Shown piece after piece: positions 45,521 through 57,475 of a DNA stretch of 64,000 nt. Under the pieces are notes generated by a model, which was given only the letters and a program-made list of their open reading frames with translations, ran no database searches and was not told the DNA's origin. The DNA is from Ranitomeya imitator (Eukaryota): positions 117,676,001-117,740,000 of the forward strand of contig NC_091283.1 of the NCBI RefSeq assembly GCF_032444005.1. The letters are read 5' to 3'. Every line of letters starts with the position of its first letter. The first letter of the stretch is position 1. A program made the translations under genes and the position numbers.

Positions 45521-46627
45521 TGTATTGGGTTTCCTTCACTGTATATTTCAAGCTACGGTTTTCTCTTTCAATATATTTTTCTGCATCATGGTATAGTTAA
45601 AACATTGTTAAAAAATACTACATTGGTGCACAGAAACATATGGACACTCTGAGTTTCCTAAAAGAGTTTGTTCTGCCCCAAATAAAAAAATGAGTAAAAA
45701 TACATGAACATCAAAGATGAACAAAATATACTGACAACAAGCAGAGTTCGAAATACTGTAAAAAAAAAAACAGTGATGCGTAATAACAAGAAATTCAGTA
45801 ATAACAATTAAATATTAGGTAATGAAGGTTAGCCAAGTAACCAAAAAAGTAACATACTAGAACTCCATCCTGCTTGCTATAACTGTATCTTGTTGTCCTT
45901 TACTGTTCAGGTTTCTTTTGTATTTTTGTTTCTTTTTATATTCTTATTTGAGTGGAAGTGTATTTCTTGTTGTTTCTATTACACCAGTGTGCTTTCTAAC
46001 CATTTTTTTACTATGAGTATGATGAAATAAAGATTATTAATTTAAATTAATTAATTACAAACGTTCTCAAAAAAAGTAATTAGAATTGATTCATCAGGTT
46101 CAAGATTTGCAAATTTGCAGGGAATTAAGATGTTGTGCCTTTAAACATGGAGGTAATGCGTGATCAGATGCAATTCAATGTTTAAGCAATCATTTTCCTT
46201 GTTCTTATTGGAATGTGAATATTGTAGTTTCAAACTGAATGCAGCAAAGCCATGTTGGAACAAATATTGTAAATGAGTAAAGAAGAATGTATGAAACAAA
46301 CCTGAATATGTTTTAAAACTTAAATTATTTAAAGTAACGCACTTTTCCTCTGATGACAGCTTTACACATCCTTGGCATTCATTAAGCGGCCACCTGGAGT
46401 GGTTTTCGATGAACATGTATGCCTTGTGAAAAGTTCATGTGTGTCAGAAAGTGTTTGCAGCCATGAGGAATGTTTTGCAGAGGCATTGTTGGTTGGTTAT
46501 GCAGGTCACTACAATGATGAACTTTATCCCACAATGGTTTTAAGCCAGAATATTGCAAGAACTATTCAACTAAGTAAAAAAAGGGACAGTCCATCGATAC
46601 TTTAAGATCTGATGCTAGAACTTTTAA

Positions 46628-49173
46628 CCCCTTTCTACCATTGGACGTACTATTTGGTCCATGTGGGGTGGGCCCTACTTCCCAAGGAAGAAATAGTACG
46701 TCCAGCGCGATCAGCTGCGCTCACGGGGGAAGCACGACCGATCGCGGCTGGGTGTCAGCTGACTATCGCAGCTGACATCCGGCACTATGTGCCAGGAGCG
46801 GTCATGGACCACCCCAGCACAATAACCCCGCCACACTGCGATCAAACATGATCGCAGTGTTCCAGCGGTGCAGGGAAGCATCGCGCAGGGAGAGGGCTCC
46901 CTGCTTGCTTCCCTGAGACTTGGGTCTCTTACCACCTCCTCCCTGCAGCCCTGGATCCAAAATGGCCATGGGGCTGCATCCGGGTCCTACAGGGAGGTGG
47001 CTTACCAGCGCCTGCTCAGAGCAGGCGCTGGGAAGCCTCCCTGCTGTGCATGTCAGATCGCTGATCTGACACAATGCACAGCAACTTGTCAGATCAGTGA
47101 TCTGTCACTTTACTGTGATGTCCCCCCTGGGGCAAAGTAAAAAAGTTTAAAAAAAAACATATTTACATGTGTAAAAAAAAAAATCCTAAACAAATAATAA
47201 AAAAAATATTGTTCCAAACTTTCCAACGATCACGACCAGCGATACGACCTGGCTGTGATCGTTGGAAAGTCCTTGTGTGGTCGCTGGGGAGCTGTCTCAC
47301 AGACAGCTCTCCAGTGACCAACGATGCCGAAGTCCCCGGGTAACCAGGGTAAACATCGGGTTACCATTGTAAAAGTAAAAAAAAACAAAAACACTACATA
47401 CTCACATTCCGGTGTCTGTCACGTCCCTCGCCGTCAGCTTCCTGCACTGACTCTGTGAGCACCGGCCGTAAAGCATAGCACAGCGGTGACGTGTGCTTTA
47501 CGGCCGGCGCTCACAGTCAGTGCGGGAAGCTGACGGCGAGGGACGTGACAGGGGCCCTCCAAACGCGACATGGCATCCGATCTCAATTCCAGCCAATTCT
47601 GCGTTAAAAAAGTAAAACAGTGCTCCTTCCCTTCCGAGCTCTCCCGTGCATCCAAACAGGGGTTTACCCCAACATGTGGGGTATAAGCGTACTCAGGACA
47701 AATTGGACAACAACTTTTGGCTTCCAATTTCTCCTGTTACCCTTGGAAAAATACAAAACTGGGGGCTAAAAAATAATTTTTGCGAAAAAAAAAGATTTTT
47801 TATTTTCATCGCTCTGCGTTATAAACTGTAGTGAAACACTTGGGGGTTCAAAGTTCTCACAACACATCTAGATAAGTTTCTTGGGGGTCTAGTTTCCAAT
47901 ATGGGGTCACTTGTGGGGGGTTTCTACTGTTTAGTCACATCAGGGGCCCTGCAAATGCAACGTGACGCCTGCAGACCAATCCATCTAAGTCTGCAATTCA
48001 AATGGCGCTCCTTCCCTTCCGAGCTCTGCCATGCACCCAAACGGTGGTTCCCCCCACATATTGGGTATCAGCGTAGTCAGGACAAATTGGACCACAACTT
48101 TTGGGGTCCAATTTCTTCTCTTACCCTTGGGAAAAGAAAAAATTGGGGGCGAAAAGATCATTTTTGTGAAAAAATATGATTTTTTATTTTTACGGCTCTG
48201 CATTTTAAACTTCTCTGAATCACTTAATGGGTCAAAGTGCTCACCACACATCTAGATAAGTTCCTTATGGGGTCTACTTTCCAAAATGGTGTCATTTGTG
48301 GGGTGTTTCACTGTTTAGGCACATTAGGGGCTCTCCAAACGCAACATGGCGTCCCATCTCAATTCCAGTCAATTTTGCATTGAAAAGTCAAATGGCGCTC
48401 CTTCGCTTCTGAGCTCTTCCTTGCGCCCAAACAGTGGTTTACCCCACATATGGGGTATCGGCGTACTCAGGATAAATTGCACAATAACTTTTGGGGTCCA
48501 TTTTCTCCTGTTACCCTTGATAAAAGAAAACAAATTGCAGCTGAAGTAAATTTTTTGTGAAAAAAAGTTAAATGTTCATTTATATTTAAATATTCCAAAA
48601 ATTCCTGTGAAACACCTGAAGGGTTAATAAACCTCTTGAATGTGGTTTTGAGCACCTTTAGGGGTGCAGTTCATAGAATGGTGTCACACTTGGTTATTTT
48701 CTATCATATAGACCCCTCAGAATGACTTCAAATGAGATATGGTCCGTAATAAAATGGTGTTGTAAAAATGAGAAATTGCTGGTCAACTTTTAACCCTTAT
48801 ACAGTAACTCCCTAACAAAAAAAAATTTGGTTCCAAAATTGTGCTGATGTAAAGTAGACATGTGGAAAATGTTACTTGTTAAGTATTTTGTGTGACATAT
48901 CTCTGTGATTTAATTGCATAAAAATTCAAAGTTGGAAAATTGCTAAATTTTCAACATTTTTGCCAAATTTCAGTTGTTTTCACAAATAAATGCAGGTAAT
49001 ATCAAAGAAATTTTCCCACTAACATGAAGGACAATATGTCATGAGAAAACAGTGTCAGAATCACCAGGATCCGTTGAAGCATTCCAGAGTTATAACCTCA
49101 TAAAAGGACAGTGGTCAGAATTGTAAAAATTGGCCCGGTCATTAACATGCAAACCACCCTTGGGGTAAAGGGG
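46628..49173. mobile_element. Non-autonomous piggyBac-type element, copy 4 (internal segment replaced by a foreign filler)
   Basis: TTAA|CCCCTTT...AAAGGGG|TTAA; colinear with copy 2 except 47218-47550; three ~380-bp repeats. Confidence 0.88.
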
Positions 49174-49520
49174 TTAAAGTATCCTCAAGCGTAGTCATGA
49201 TAAAGAATAAATTGATATGATGAAATTGGCTATCATATGGACTGTCCCAGGAATGAAATATCTAGAATTACCTCTGCTGAAGGAAATAAGTTAATCAAAT
49301 TTACAATCCTAAGAAAATGCAAATTGGCAGCTCAGACTTCAATTGACAGAAGTATGGATAATATGTGGTCCCCGTGCACTGTTGAAGAAGATCCAAAGAA
49401 AACTTCCAAGAGACACTGTAAACCTTGATGCGGCTTTATTATCGACACATTTCAGATTCATTCCATGTGAGGCTGCTTAAGAAAATACCAGGGGTATATA
49501 AAGTATAAAGCTGTCATCAG

Positions 49521-50062
49521 TAGTGTTGAGCATTCCGATACCGCAAGTATCGGGTATCGGCCGATATTTGCGGTATCGGAATTCCGATCCCGAGTTCCGA
49601 TATTTTTGCGATATCGGGAATCGGGATCGGGATGAAAATTTATGTGTAAAATAAATAATAAAAATAAAAAATATGAATATACTCAACCTCGGACGCGCCC
49701 TGGTTGTAACCGCTGCAACCGGCAGTCTCCGTTCCTAAGAATGAGTGAGTGAAGGACCTGCGATGACGTCGCGGCTTGTGATTGGTCGCGTGAGCGGTCA
49801 CATGAGCGGTCACGCGACCAATCACAAGCCGCGACATCATCGAAGGTCCTTCACCCGCTCATTCTTAGGAACGGAGGCTGCCGGTTACACCGCTAAGGTC
49901 CAGGGTCCGCCAAAGGGGTGAGTATATCCATATTTTTTATTTTTATTCTTTATTTTTTACATGAATATGGATCCCAGGGCCTGAAGTAGATATTTTACGG
50001 ATATTGGCCGATACAATCCGATACCGATACTTTCAAATATTGGAAGGTATCGCTCAACACTA
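49521..50062. mobile_element. hAT MITE (542 bp) matching the end of the intact hAT
   Basis: TAGTGTTGAGC...GCTCAACACTA; perfect 8-bp TSD GTCATCAG; central palindromic cassette. Confidence 0.93.
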
Positions 50063-51155
50063 GTCATCAGTGTAAAAGGGTGCAACCTTGAAAATTTTAA
50101 GTTTAATACATGTTGGTTTATCATGTGTGTTTTAACTCCTTGTCTCCTTAAATTTTCTTTTGCTGTTTTGCTGCCTACAATATGCAACTTCTAAATAAAA
50201 GAAGGGAAACCATTACATGAACAGATATGTCCAAACTTTTGACCAGTATGGTACACATACTATATACGTTTACTGTGTAAAAGTTTTAAGCATGTGTGGA
50301 AAAAATTCTGTAAAGTAAGAATGCCTTAAATGATAATAGTGTTTATTTTTGAGAGAGAGCTGGGAAGACAAACAAGTGCGATAGGGCATTATCTATAAAA
50401 AAAAAAAAAAAACTTTTTAGGTGATATGCCACTGCTCACCTGTATAGCCCACCTTCTGCTTCTCCACTGGTTAGGGAATCCAAAGTAAAAATCAAGTAAA
50501 AGGAAAAACGGAATGTTATGCCTCTGGTGAATATTTAGTAAATATATCTAACGAATCCATGGTAAAGTAGCACAAGTTTGGTTCATTGTTAATGTGTTTC
50601 AAAGTCTCTATGACTTCTTCACCATTTTCTTTGGTTCTCACGATGAAGTCATAGAGACTTTGAAATGCGCTGTGACTAAACTGCACTGCTACTACATTAA
50701 CCTGGATTCTCTGAATACCTTTATTGAATATTCACCATCAGCACAGCATTCCACATTTCCTTTGACTTGAGTTGTTTATTTTTGCAATTAACAAAATGCA
50801 AAGTGAAGGAACAAAAGGTGAATTAAAATCAAATTTTGTTTTGTCTGATCATACTTTACCTTCAAAACACCTGAACATAGTCATGGCCTTTGATAGCATT
50901 ATAGTCAAGTGTATGAGTAATCAATTATATCAAACAGGTGATAATGGTCATTATTTTCATATGTAGATTTAAACGCAGTTTTTAACTGAAACAGAAACCG
51001 CAGTGTGGAATACTTACAACTAAGTGAGGAACAGGAAAACTCAGCAATGAAGGTGAGGACTTGGTAATGCACCATGTAAAAACTGAATACAACAAGGTAG
51101 TTATACTGCATCAGCAAGGTATCTCACAGGCAAAGAATTCACACTGATGTTTTAA

Positions 51156-53666
51156 CCCTCCGTCACATACAATATTCGGACTAACGAGTTCACATACAAT
51201 GTGCCTGTCAGGCGCCTGCTGGAAAAATACCTATAATATCTAATGTTTGCAATTTCAGTGCTCTAAAAGTGATCAGTGACCTTCATAGGGATGTAATAAA
51301 AGAGACTACACATAATCAGTTGCAAAAAAAAACATTTACTTAACATAAAACTAATAACTATGAAATACAAACTTTTCAAAACTCCCGCCAAATAGTCCCC
51401 AGTTCGACTCTCTCAAAAAAATGTACAAAGAAAATTTTTGAACACAAACTTAATTTTAAGGTACCTTAAGTACTATTAAAAACATATTCAATCAGAAGTA
51501 GATGCTGAGGTTTCCCCAGAAAAGTCACACTTGCAGAGCAAATAGCAAGAATTACACACCATTTTTGCATGTGTCAGGCAAATTGCTTTATGACATTTGA
51601 GACATTCATAATTTGAAAGCCTTCTGGTTCCGCGTTCCGTTTGGCAGGTGGTGCATCTCCTTCTTTTGTGAGGTGGTGCAGATGGTGACTTTTCACCATC
51701 ATCTTCTGGGCGGAACCTTTTGAGCTGAACTTGAAGGCGAGAGGGGATACCGATTGTTTTCACGCTTCTCCCGCGTAGCTCTCCAAGTACTAGTTCATGG
51801 GCCAATTTTTTCAGATACAATCGTCTACGGAGTGGTTCAAGCTTGTTTTCAAGATAAATTACTTGTGAATTTATACCACCCAAATTCAACATAGCAAAAA
51901 ATATGACCATTGGCCAGCGTTTGATGTTTCTGCTGACGTTGAAAGTGGAGCACATCTGATCTGCTGTATCCACACCCCCTTTGGTGGCATTGTAAAATGT
52001 AATTATCTCCGGTTTTTTTTCTGCCCCAGTCCCAGGATCGATGGCAGCATCATCATGAAGTGTTGATAGAAGAAGTACGATTTTTTTGGCATGTGGTACA
52101 TAGGAAACTAAAGCCTTTCCATTATGGAATGCAAACATACTGCTGTACTGTTGTCTCTCTTTCACACTTACAAACTGTGGCGGCAATTCCCTTTTGTTTT
52201 TTCTTACAGTTCCCACATATGACAGCTTCTGAATTTTCAGATAATCAATCAGATCACAACTTGTAAACCAATTGTCAGCTGTAATATTGCGACCCGATCC
52301 AAATAAGGGTTCAGCCAGTCTTTTTACAACATCAATGGGTTTGTTGCTCACACAGTAAGGACCTTCTGGTTGTTTTCCTGCATAAACTTCCAGGTTGTAA
52401 GTGTAGGTCTTACTGGCATCAACAAGGGCATAAATTTTTATTCCATATTTGTTTGGCTTTGATGGAATATATTGACGAAAGGCACATCTACCACGAAAAC
52501 CAGGGAGCATTTCGTCAATAGTGAGATTCTCTCCAGGGTAATAACTTTGTTTACAGTTTACAACAAATCTTTGAAATATATCACGAATTGGAGCAAGTCG
52601 GTCATGTGTTTTGCGTTCGGTTCGGGTAGTTCTGTCGTCAAACCGAAGGCAACGAATTAGAATCTTGAATCTGTTTATGGACATAACAAGGCTAAATTTT
52701 TCAACTCCATCCCCATCTTTACCCCAAAGTTCCTCCAAACTTTGTCTATTTGCCCTATAAGCTCCTGCAAGGTACAGTAATCCAAAAAAAGCACGCAGTT
52801 CTATTTCATCTGTGGGCTTGATGGTTCTGTTGCAGATGTACTTGTCCTTTATAATGTCTATATATTGGTTGGTATATGTGACAATAGAGTCCAGAATGTC
52901 ATCTGTAAATATACTGTTCCAGCATTCAACTGCAGTTTTTGCATTACGTGCAGTTCCTATTATTGCAGGAAGGTGAGTAATAATGTTTAAAGGTTCCCTA
53001 CGTTTTTTCTGGAATGGCTTCTTGTTCCATTTAGTATTTTTATCTTTTCCAATATAATATGATCCAACTTCTTCATCCTCACCACTGTCACCATCTTGCT
53101 CTGTTTCAGAATCCAGGACACATTCTTCCACCTCATCATGAGAATCAACCTCACTTTCCTCTCCTAAATCCTCATTCAGTGTGAGGTCTCTATCATCTAA
53201 CAGCATGTGTGTTACTTCCTCAACATCAAGTTGTTTGGATAAATTGTACATTTTCCTTTCCATTTCAGCAGATAATCTGAAACAAGAGAAGGAATATGTT
53301 AGGAAACTACTGTATATGCCTGAGCAGCACACTTTCTTTTATAAAATCTCCCTTATTTCTATGAAATATCCTCACATTTTGTGCTATACATTCATAAAAC
53401 AAGCTAAATAAACTATTGTGATGAATAAAAACATAAAATACCAACCTTACTGAATGTGACGTATTCACATACAATGAGCCTGAGAGATCTGTGCAGCTAT
53501 ATCCTCTCCCCTGAAGCTCTGAAATCCAACTGTGATATCAGGTTTCACAGACCTTCAAGAGACAGGAGACTACCTGGAGGGAGGGGGTTTCCTCACAATC
53601 TGGTGAGGAAGGAGAAATGAAAGTAAAAGAGAAGCGCCTGTCAGATCAGTTGTATGTGACGGAGGG
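51156..53666 (-). mobile_element. Complete piggyBac transposon (2511 bp)
   Basis: TTAA TSDs (51152-55 and 53667-70); perfect 17-bp TIR CCCTCCGTCACATACAA; subterminal direct repeat TTCACATACAATG (51189-201 and 53464-476); intact ORF. Confidence 0.96.
51488..53263 (-). CDS. piggyBac transposase (591 aa from MERKMY; PGBD4-like)
   Basis: Acidic N-terminus; DDD triad LTIDEML / ITADNWFT / GGVDTADQ; PSKPNKYGIK; C-terminal cysteine-rich domain RRCTTC...YECLKCHKAICLTH...CNSC; no stops. Confidence 0.95.
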   Translation of the reverse strand: MERKMYNLSKQLDVEEVTHMLLDDRDLTLNEDLGEESEVDSHDEVEECVLDSETEQDGDSGEDEEVGSYYIGKDKNTKWNKKPFQKKRREPLNIITHLPAIIGTARNAKTAVECWNSIFTDDILDSIVTYTNQYIDIIKDKYICNRTIKPTDEIELRAFFGLLYLAGAYRANRQSLEELWGKDGDGVEKFSLVMSINRFKILIRCLRFDDRTTRTERKTHDRLAPIRDIFQRFVVNCKQSYYPGENLTIDEMLPGFRGRCAFRQYIPSKPNKYGIKIYALVDASKTYTYNLEVYAGKQPEGPYCVSNKPIDVVKRLAEPLFGSGRNITADNWFTSCDLIDYLKIQKLSYVGTVRKNKRELPPQFVSVKERQQYSSMFAFHNGKALVSYVPHAKKIVLLLSTLHDDAAIDPGTGAEKKPEIITFYNATKGGVDTADQMCSTFNVSRNIKRWPMVIFFAMLNLGGINSQVIYLENKLEPLRRRLYLKKLAHELVLGELRGRSVKTIGIPSRLQVQLKRFRPEDDGEKSPSAPPHKRRRCTTCQTERGTRRLSNYECLKCHKAICLTHAKMVCNSCYLLCKCDFSGETSASTSD

Positions 53667-54429
53667 TTAAGATGTGCTGTCCAAGGTCTTTTGATGATGG
53701 GGTGCAAATGTATGGCTTTAATCTGCATTGGTGCATCAAAATGTAAACTATTTGTAATGGAAGACAGTTTGCTTGTCAAACTTCTGAAGAGTGGCTACAA
53801 TATAGAATGTCTGTAAGCAAGAGTGAATCATTGTGTGGGGATATTTGTGGGTTTTGGGCTGCATTTTAGCTAATTGAGTAAACGATTTGGTCAGGATTAA
53901 TGGTGTCCTCAAAGCTGAGAAATAAACTCAAGATAATTAGGTATCACATAATACAATGAAGAAGGCATATGATCGACTCCAAATTTATTCTGCAGCAACG
54001 ACAATTACTTCAAACAGATAGCCAATATCATTAAGAATTATATAGTAGTATAAAGAGTCTGTGAGTTACAGAGTTAATATAACTGAATAAAGACAAATGT
54101 CCATCAAATTCAACCGAGGATGTGAAAAGAGAAAAGGAAAGTGGCACAATTAATGAACTAGTCCATCCTAAATGAGCTATTCTACCCCTCCTTATCCCAA
54201 TTGTTGATCCACTGGACAAAGCATTCAGATAAAGAACTTGACGCATTTGCATAATTATTTGTTATTTTCTTTTAATAAAAGCGTTTTAAGCCTATTTTGA
54301 AGATGATATAGCCCGTACAGAGCCTTGATCGCAACATAATCACCTCTGCATGGTAACACAAGAAGAGAAAGAAGAATTTGTTAAAGCTTACATGCACAAA
54401 TGATCTATGGCAAATTCTTCAAGATGTTT

Positions 54430-54870
54430 GGGTCCCAGCTCTTTGCTGAGTAAGAATTATGTTTCCCAGAGGAGCATTGCAGCTTTAAGTCTCATCAACT
54501 CAGCATGCTTAACATGTAACTCTCCACAAAGAGAAATTATACTTTTTGGATCCTTATCAGATGCCTCTCCCACAGCCAAACCAGATCTCACACTTTGCAC
54601 TAGCGAGGGACAGTACCCTGAAACACAGTGGCTGCAAATTGAGATTCTGGTTTTGGCTTTTATCCTAAGTCATGTGACAAGACTCATTTAAAGGTCGACA
54701 TTGACTTTTAGGATTGCTACTTCCAACAGGTGGCACTAGAGTTTTAGTCTTCTTCCTCTCTGAAGAGACCATTTGTATATTTCCAAGAGGAGCTTTAAGT
54801 CTCCTCATCTCGGCATGCTTAACATGTCACTCTCCACAAGGAGAAACAAATCTTATTGGATCCAAGTAAG
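54430..54870. repeat. Unclassified repeat with two imperfect direct copies flanking a CTCF-like motif
   Basis: AGCTTTAAGTCTC.TCA.CTC.GCATGCTTAACATGT.ACTCTCCACAA at ~54480 and ~54791; CCAACAGGTGGCACT at 54723-37. Confidence 0.5.
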
Positions 54871-55292
54871 AATTGAAACTGTTGTGAAGGCAAAGGATAG
54901 TTATGCCAAACATTGGTTTGGTTTAGATTTCTCTTGCGTTCTTTCACTTTGCATTTTGTTAATTTAGATAAACTATTAATTAACACTTTTGTTGAATATT
55001 ATATGCCATTACTTTGATATAATTCCAAACTACAACTAATACTGCAAAACTCAAGCTCTCAGAAGTCTATGTTGATGTAGAATTTAATAAGTTACGCCTC
55101 TTGAAAGGAGAGAAAAAAACGAAGAACAAAAAAAAAAAAATTGTGATAAAGAGGATTTTAAACATTTCTCTGGATCTTGTACATGTTTTACAGAAGTTTT
55201 TTATTGCAATATGAATAGAGGCACACACATTGAAGCACACAAAGACATCCAGGCATACATAAGCAGATTTACACTCATGCATACCATTACAT

Positions 55293-55296
<4 letters not shown>

Positions 55297-55324
<28 letters not shown>

Positions 55325-56345
55325 TTTTATTTATATAGCGCCAACATATTCCGCAGCGCTTTACAAATTATAGAGGGGACTTGTACATACAATAGACATT
55401 ACAGCATAACAGAAATACAGTTCAAAACAGATACCAAGAGGAGTGAGGGCCCTGCTCGTAAGCTTACAAACTATGAGGAAAAGGGGAGACACGAGAGGTG
55501 GATGGTAACAATTGCTATAGTTATTCGGACCAGCCATAGTGTAAGGCTTGGGTGTTCATGTAAAGCTGCATGAACCAGTTAATTAATTTTTTTTTTTTTT
55601 TTTAATATAGGCCACACAGGGATCGTTAGGTTAATGCATTGAGGCGGTAGGCCAGTCTGAACAAATGAGTTTTTAGGGCACGCTTAAAACTGTGGGGATT
55701 GGGGATTAATCGTATTATCCTAGGTAGTGCATTCCAAAGAATCGGCGCAGCACGTGTAAAGTCTTGGAGACGGGAGTGGGAGGTTCTGATTATTGAGGAT
55801 GCTAACCTGAGGTCATCAGCGGAGCGGAGGGCACGGGTAGGGTGGTAGACTGAGACCAGAGAGGAGATGTAGGGTGGTGCTGAGCCATGGAGTGCTTTGT
55901 GGATGAGGGTAGTAGTTTTGTACTGGATTCTTGAGTGGATGGGTAACCAGTGTAATGACTGGCACAAGGTAGAGGCATCGGTGTAACGGTTGGTGAGGAA
56001 TATGATCCTGGCAGCAGCATTCAGGACAGATTGGAGCGGGGAGAGTTTGGTAAGAGGGAGGCCGATTAGTAGAGAGTTACAATAGTCCAGACGAGAATGA
56101 ATAAGTGAAACAGTAAGAGTTTTTGCAGAGTCGAAAGTAAGAAAAGGGCGAATTCTAGAAATGTTTTTGAGATGCAGGTAAGAAGAGCGAGCCAGTGATC
56201 GGATGTGGGGGGTGAATGAAAGGTCAGAATCAAGGATGACCCCAAGGCAGCGGGCATGTTGCTTTGGAGTAATGGTGGAACCGCACACGGAGATGGCAAT
56301 GTCAGGCAAAGGTAGGTTAGTAGAGGGAGAAAACACGAGGGAGAA
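55297..56345 (-). mobile_element. 5'-truncated L2 LINE
   Basis: (AAT)n tail at ~55297; 3' motif shared with the L2 at 25500; ORF 55626-56393 includes ARCLGVILDSDLSF...SRLDYCNSLLIG...LQSVLNAAAR...LHWLP...WNALP. The 5' limit is approximate. Confidence 0.9.
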
Positions 56346-56406
56346 AATACAATACAATAGCATTATTTGCAATGCTGATTTCAAGTCATTCATACAGTCT
56401 TCTTAA

Positions 56407-57475
56407 AGGGAATCTGTCAGCACATTTTTGATCCCTCATATGAGAGCAGGCTAATGTAGGCAAAAAGACCCTGAATCCAACTACTCTTACACAATCAGAG
56501 TTTAAACATTTCACAATGCATCAGAGCTGTCAAAGTTTCCCCTACACACACTAGGCACCTTGGCTATAGACAGTGAGCTACTTTTCACGAGAGAGGGTGG
56601 AGTCAGACTAGCAACCACATGCTGCTGAATCTGCTGTAGTCCAGACAATGATAATCTATCACCCCCCAAAAAAGTATTCATAGAAAAATTATTAAAATAT
56701 ATCAATCACTTTATTGACAATGTAGTACATGATTACACAAAATACCAAATGAGAAACATACTTTTCTTGCAGGAAAAATTGATGTTACAAAAATATTATT
56801 TTATTAAAAAAAAATTAATAACATAAAAGCAATAGCAAAATGAATGTGTGACAGGGGCCAAGGAATACCAGATGGGATGGTGAAAAATGTAAAAAAATGT
56901 ATGAATATTACACCAATAAAAAAAAAAATATTTTTTAAAAATCAATGTGCACAATTAATGTGGCAAAAAATAACACCAATGACTACTCTATGTGAAATGT
57001 GAACAAGCAAATAATAAATGCCAAGTGGCAATTAATATAATATAATAAGTGCATACACAAGCATGATAAAAATTGACCACATAACTAACTTAATAAGAAT
57101 AATCAAAAAATATAACAAGTGAATGTCACCATGCAGTGAAATGATAAAAATTAATATCCATAAAAAGTAGCCATAGTGCACATCTAAAGAGCCCTCTGGC
57201 CAGCCATCATGAGTCTATTGAAGTGCAATTAATAAAACTGCATACAAAATCTCATACGGGCCGGTCTGATACTCCACTGCCCCCTGCACACACCACCCAA
57301 CATGCGTTTCGCTTCCGCTTCATCAGGGAGTATTAATCACAAGGTGATAAAACCTTCAGAATAAGAAAACAACAGCACTCAGCTGCTTATGTGACACATC
57401 ATTGAAATCTTTGTTTTAACCCCTACCTCATGCTGTCCTCAGATTTCATAGCAAAAACCTGCTGACGGATTCCCT
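56407..57475. mobile_element. Kolobok/T2-type MITE carrying a Penelope-like insertion (~56660-57365)
   Basis: TTAA|AGGGAATCTGTCAGCA...TGCTGACGGATTCCCT|TTAA; ~650 bp longer than the sibling at 30363. Confidence 0.8.
57290..57335 (-). ncRNA. Candidate minimal hammerhead ribozyme of Penelope type
   Basis: The minus strand reads ATACTCC-CTGATGA-A-GC-GGAA-GC-GAAAC-GCAT-GTT-GGG: both conserved core strands, with a 2-bp GNRA-capped stem II. Stem I pairing is short. Confidence 0.55.

Noticed and set aside
51156-53666. Intact piggyBac as the mobiliser of the four large TTAA elements
   Set aside because: Terminal sequences agree only in the first three C's (CCCTCCGTCAC vs CCCCTT).
55626-56393. 255-aa ORF as a host gene
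   Set aside because: C-terminal part of L2 ORF2; the listed start lies outside the truncated element.
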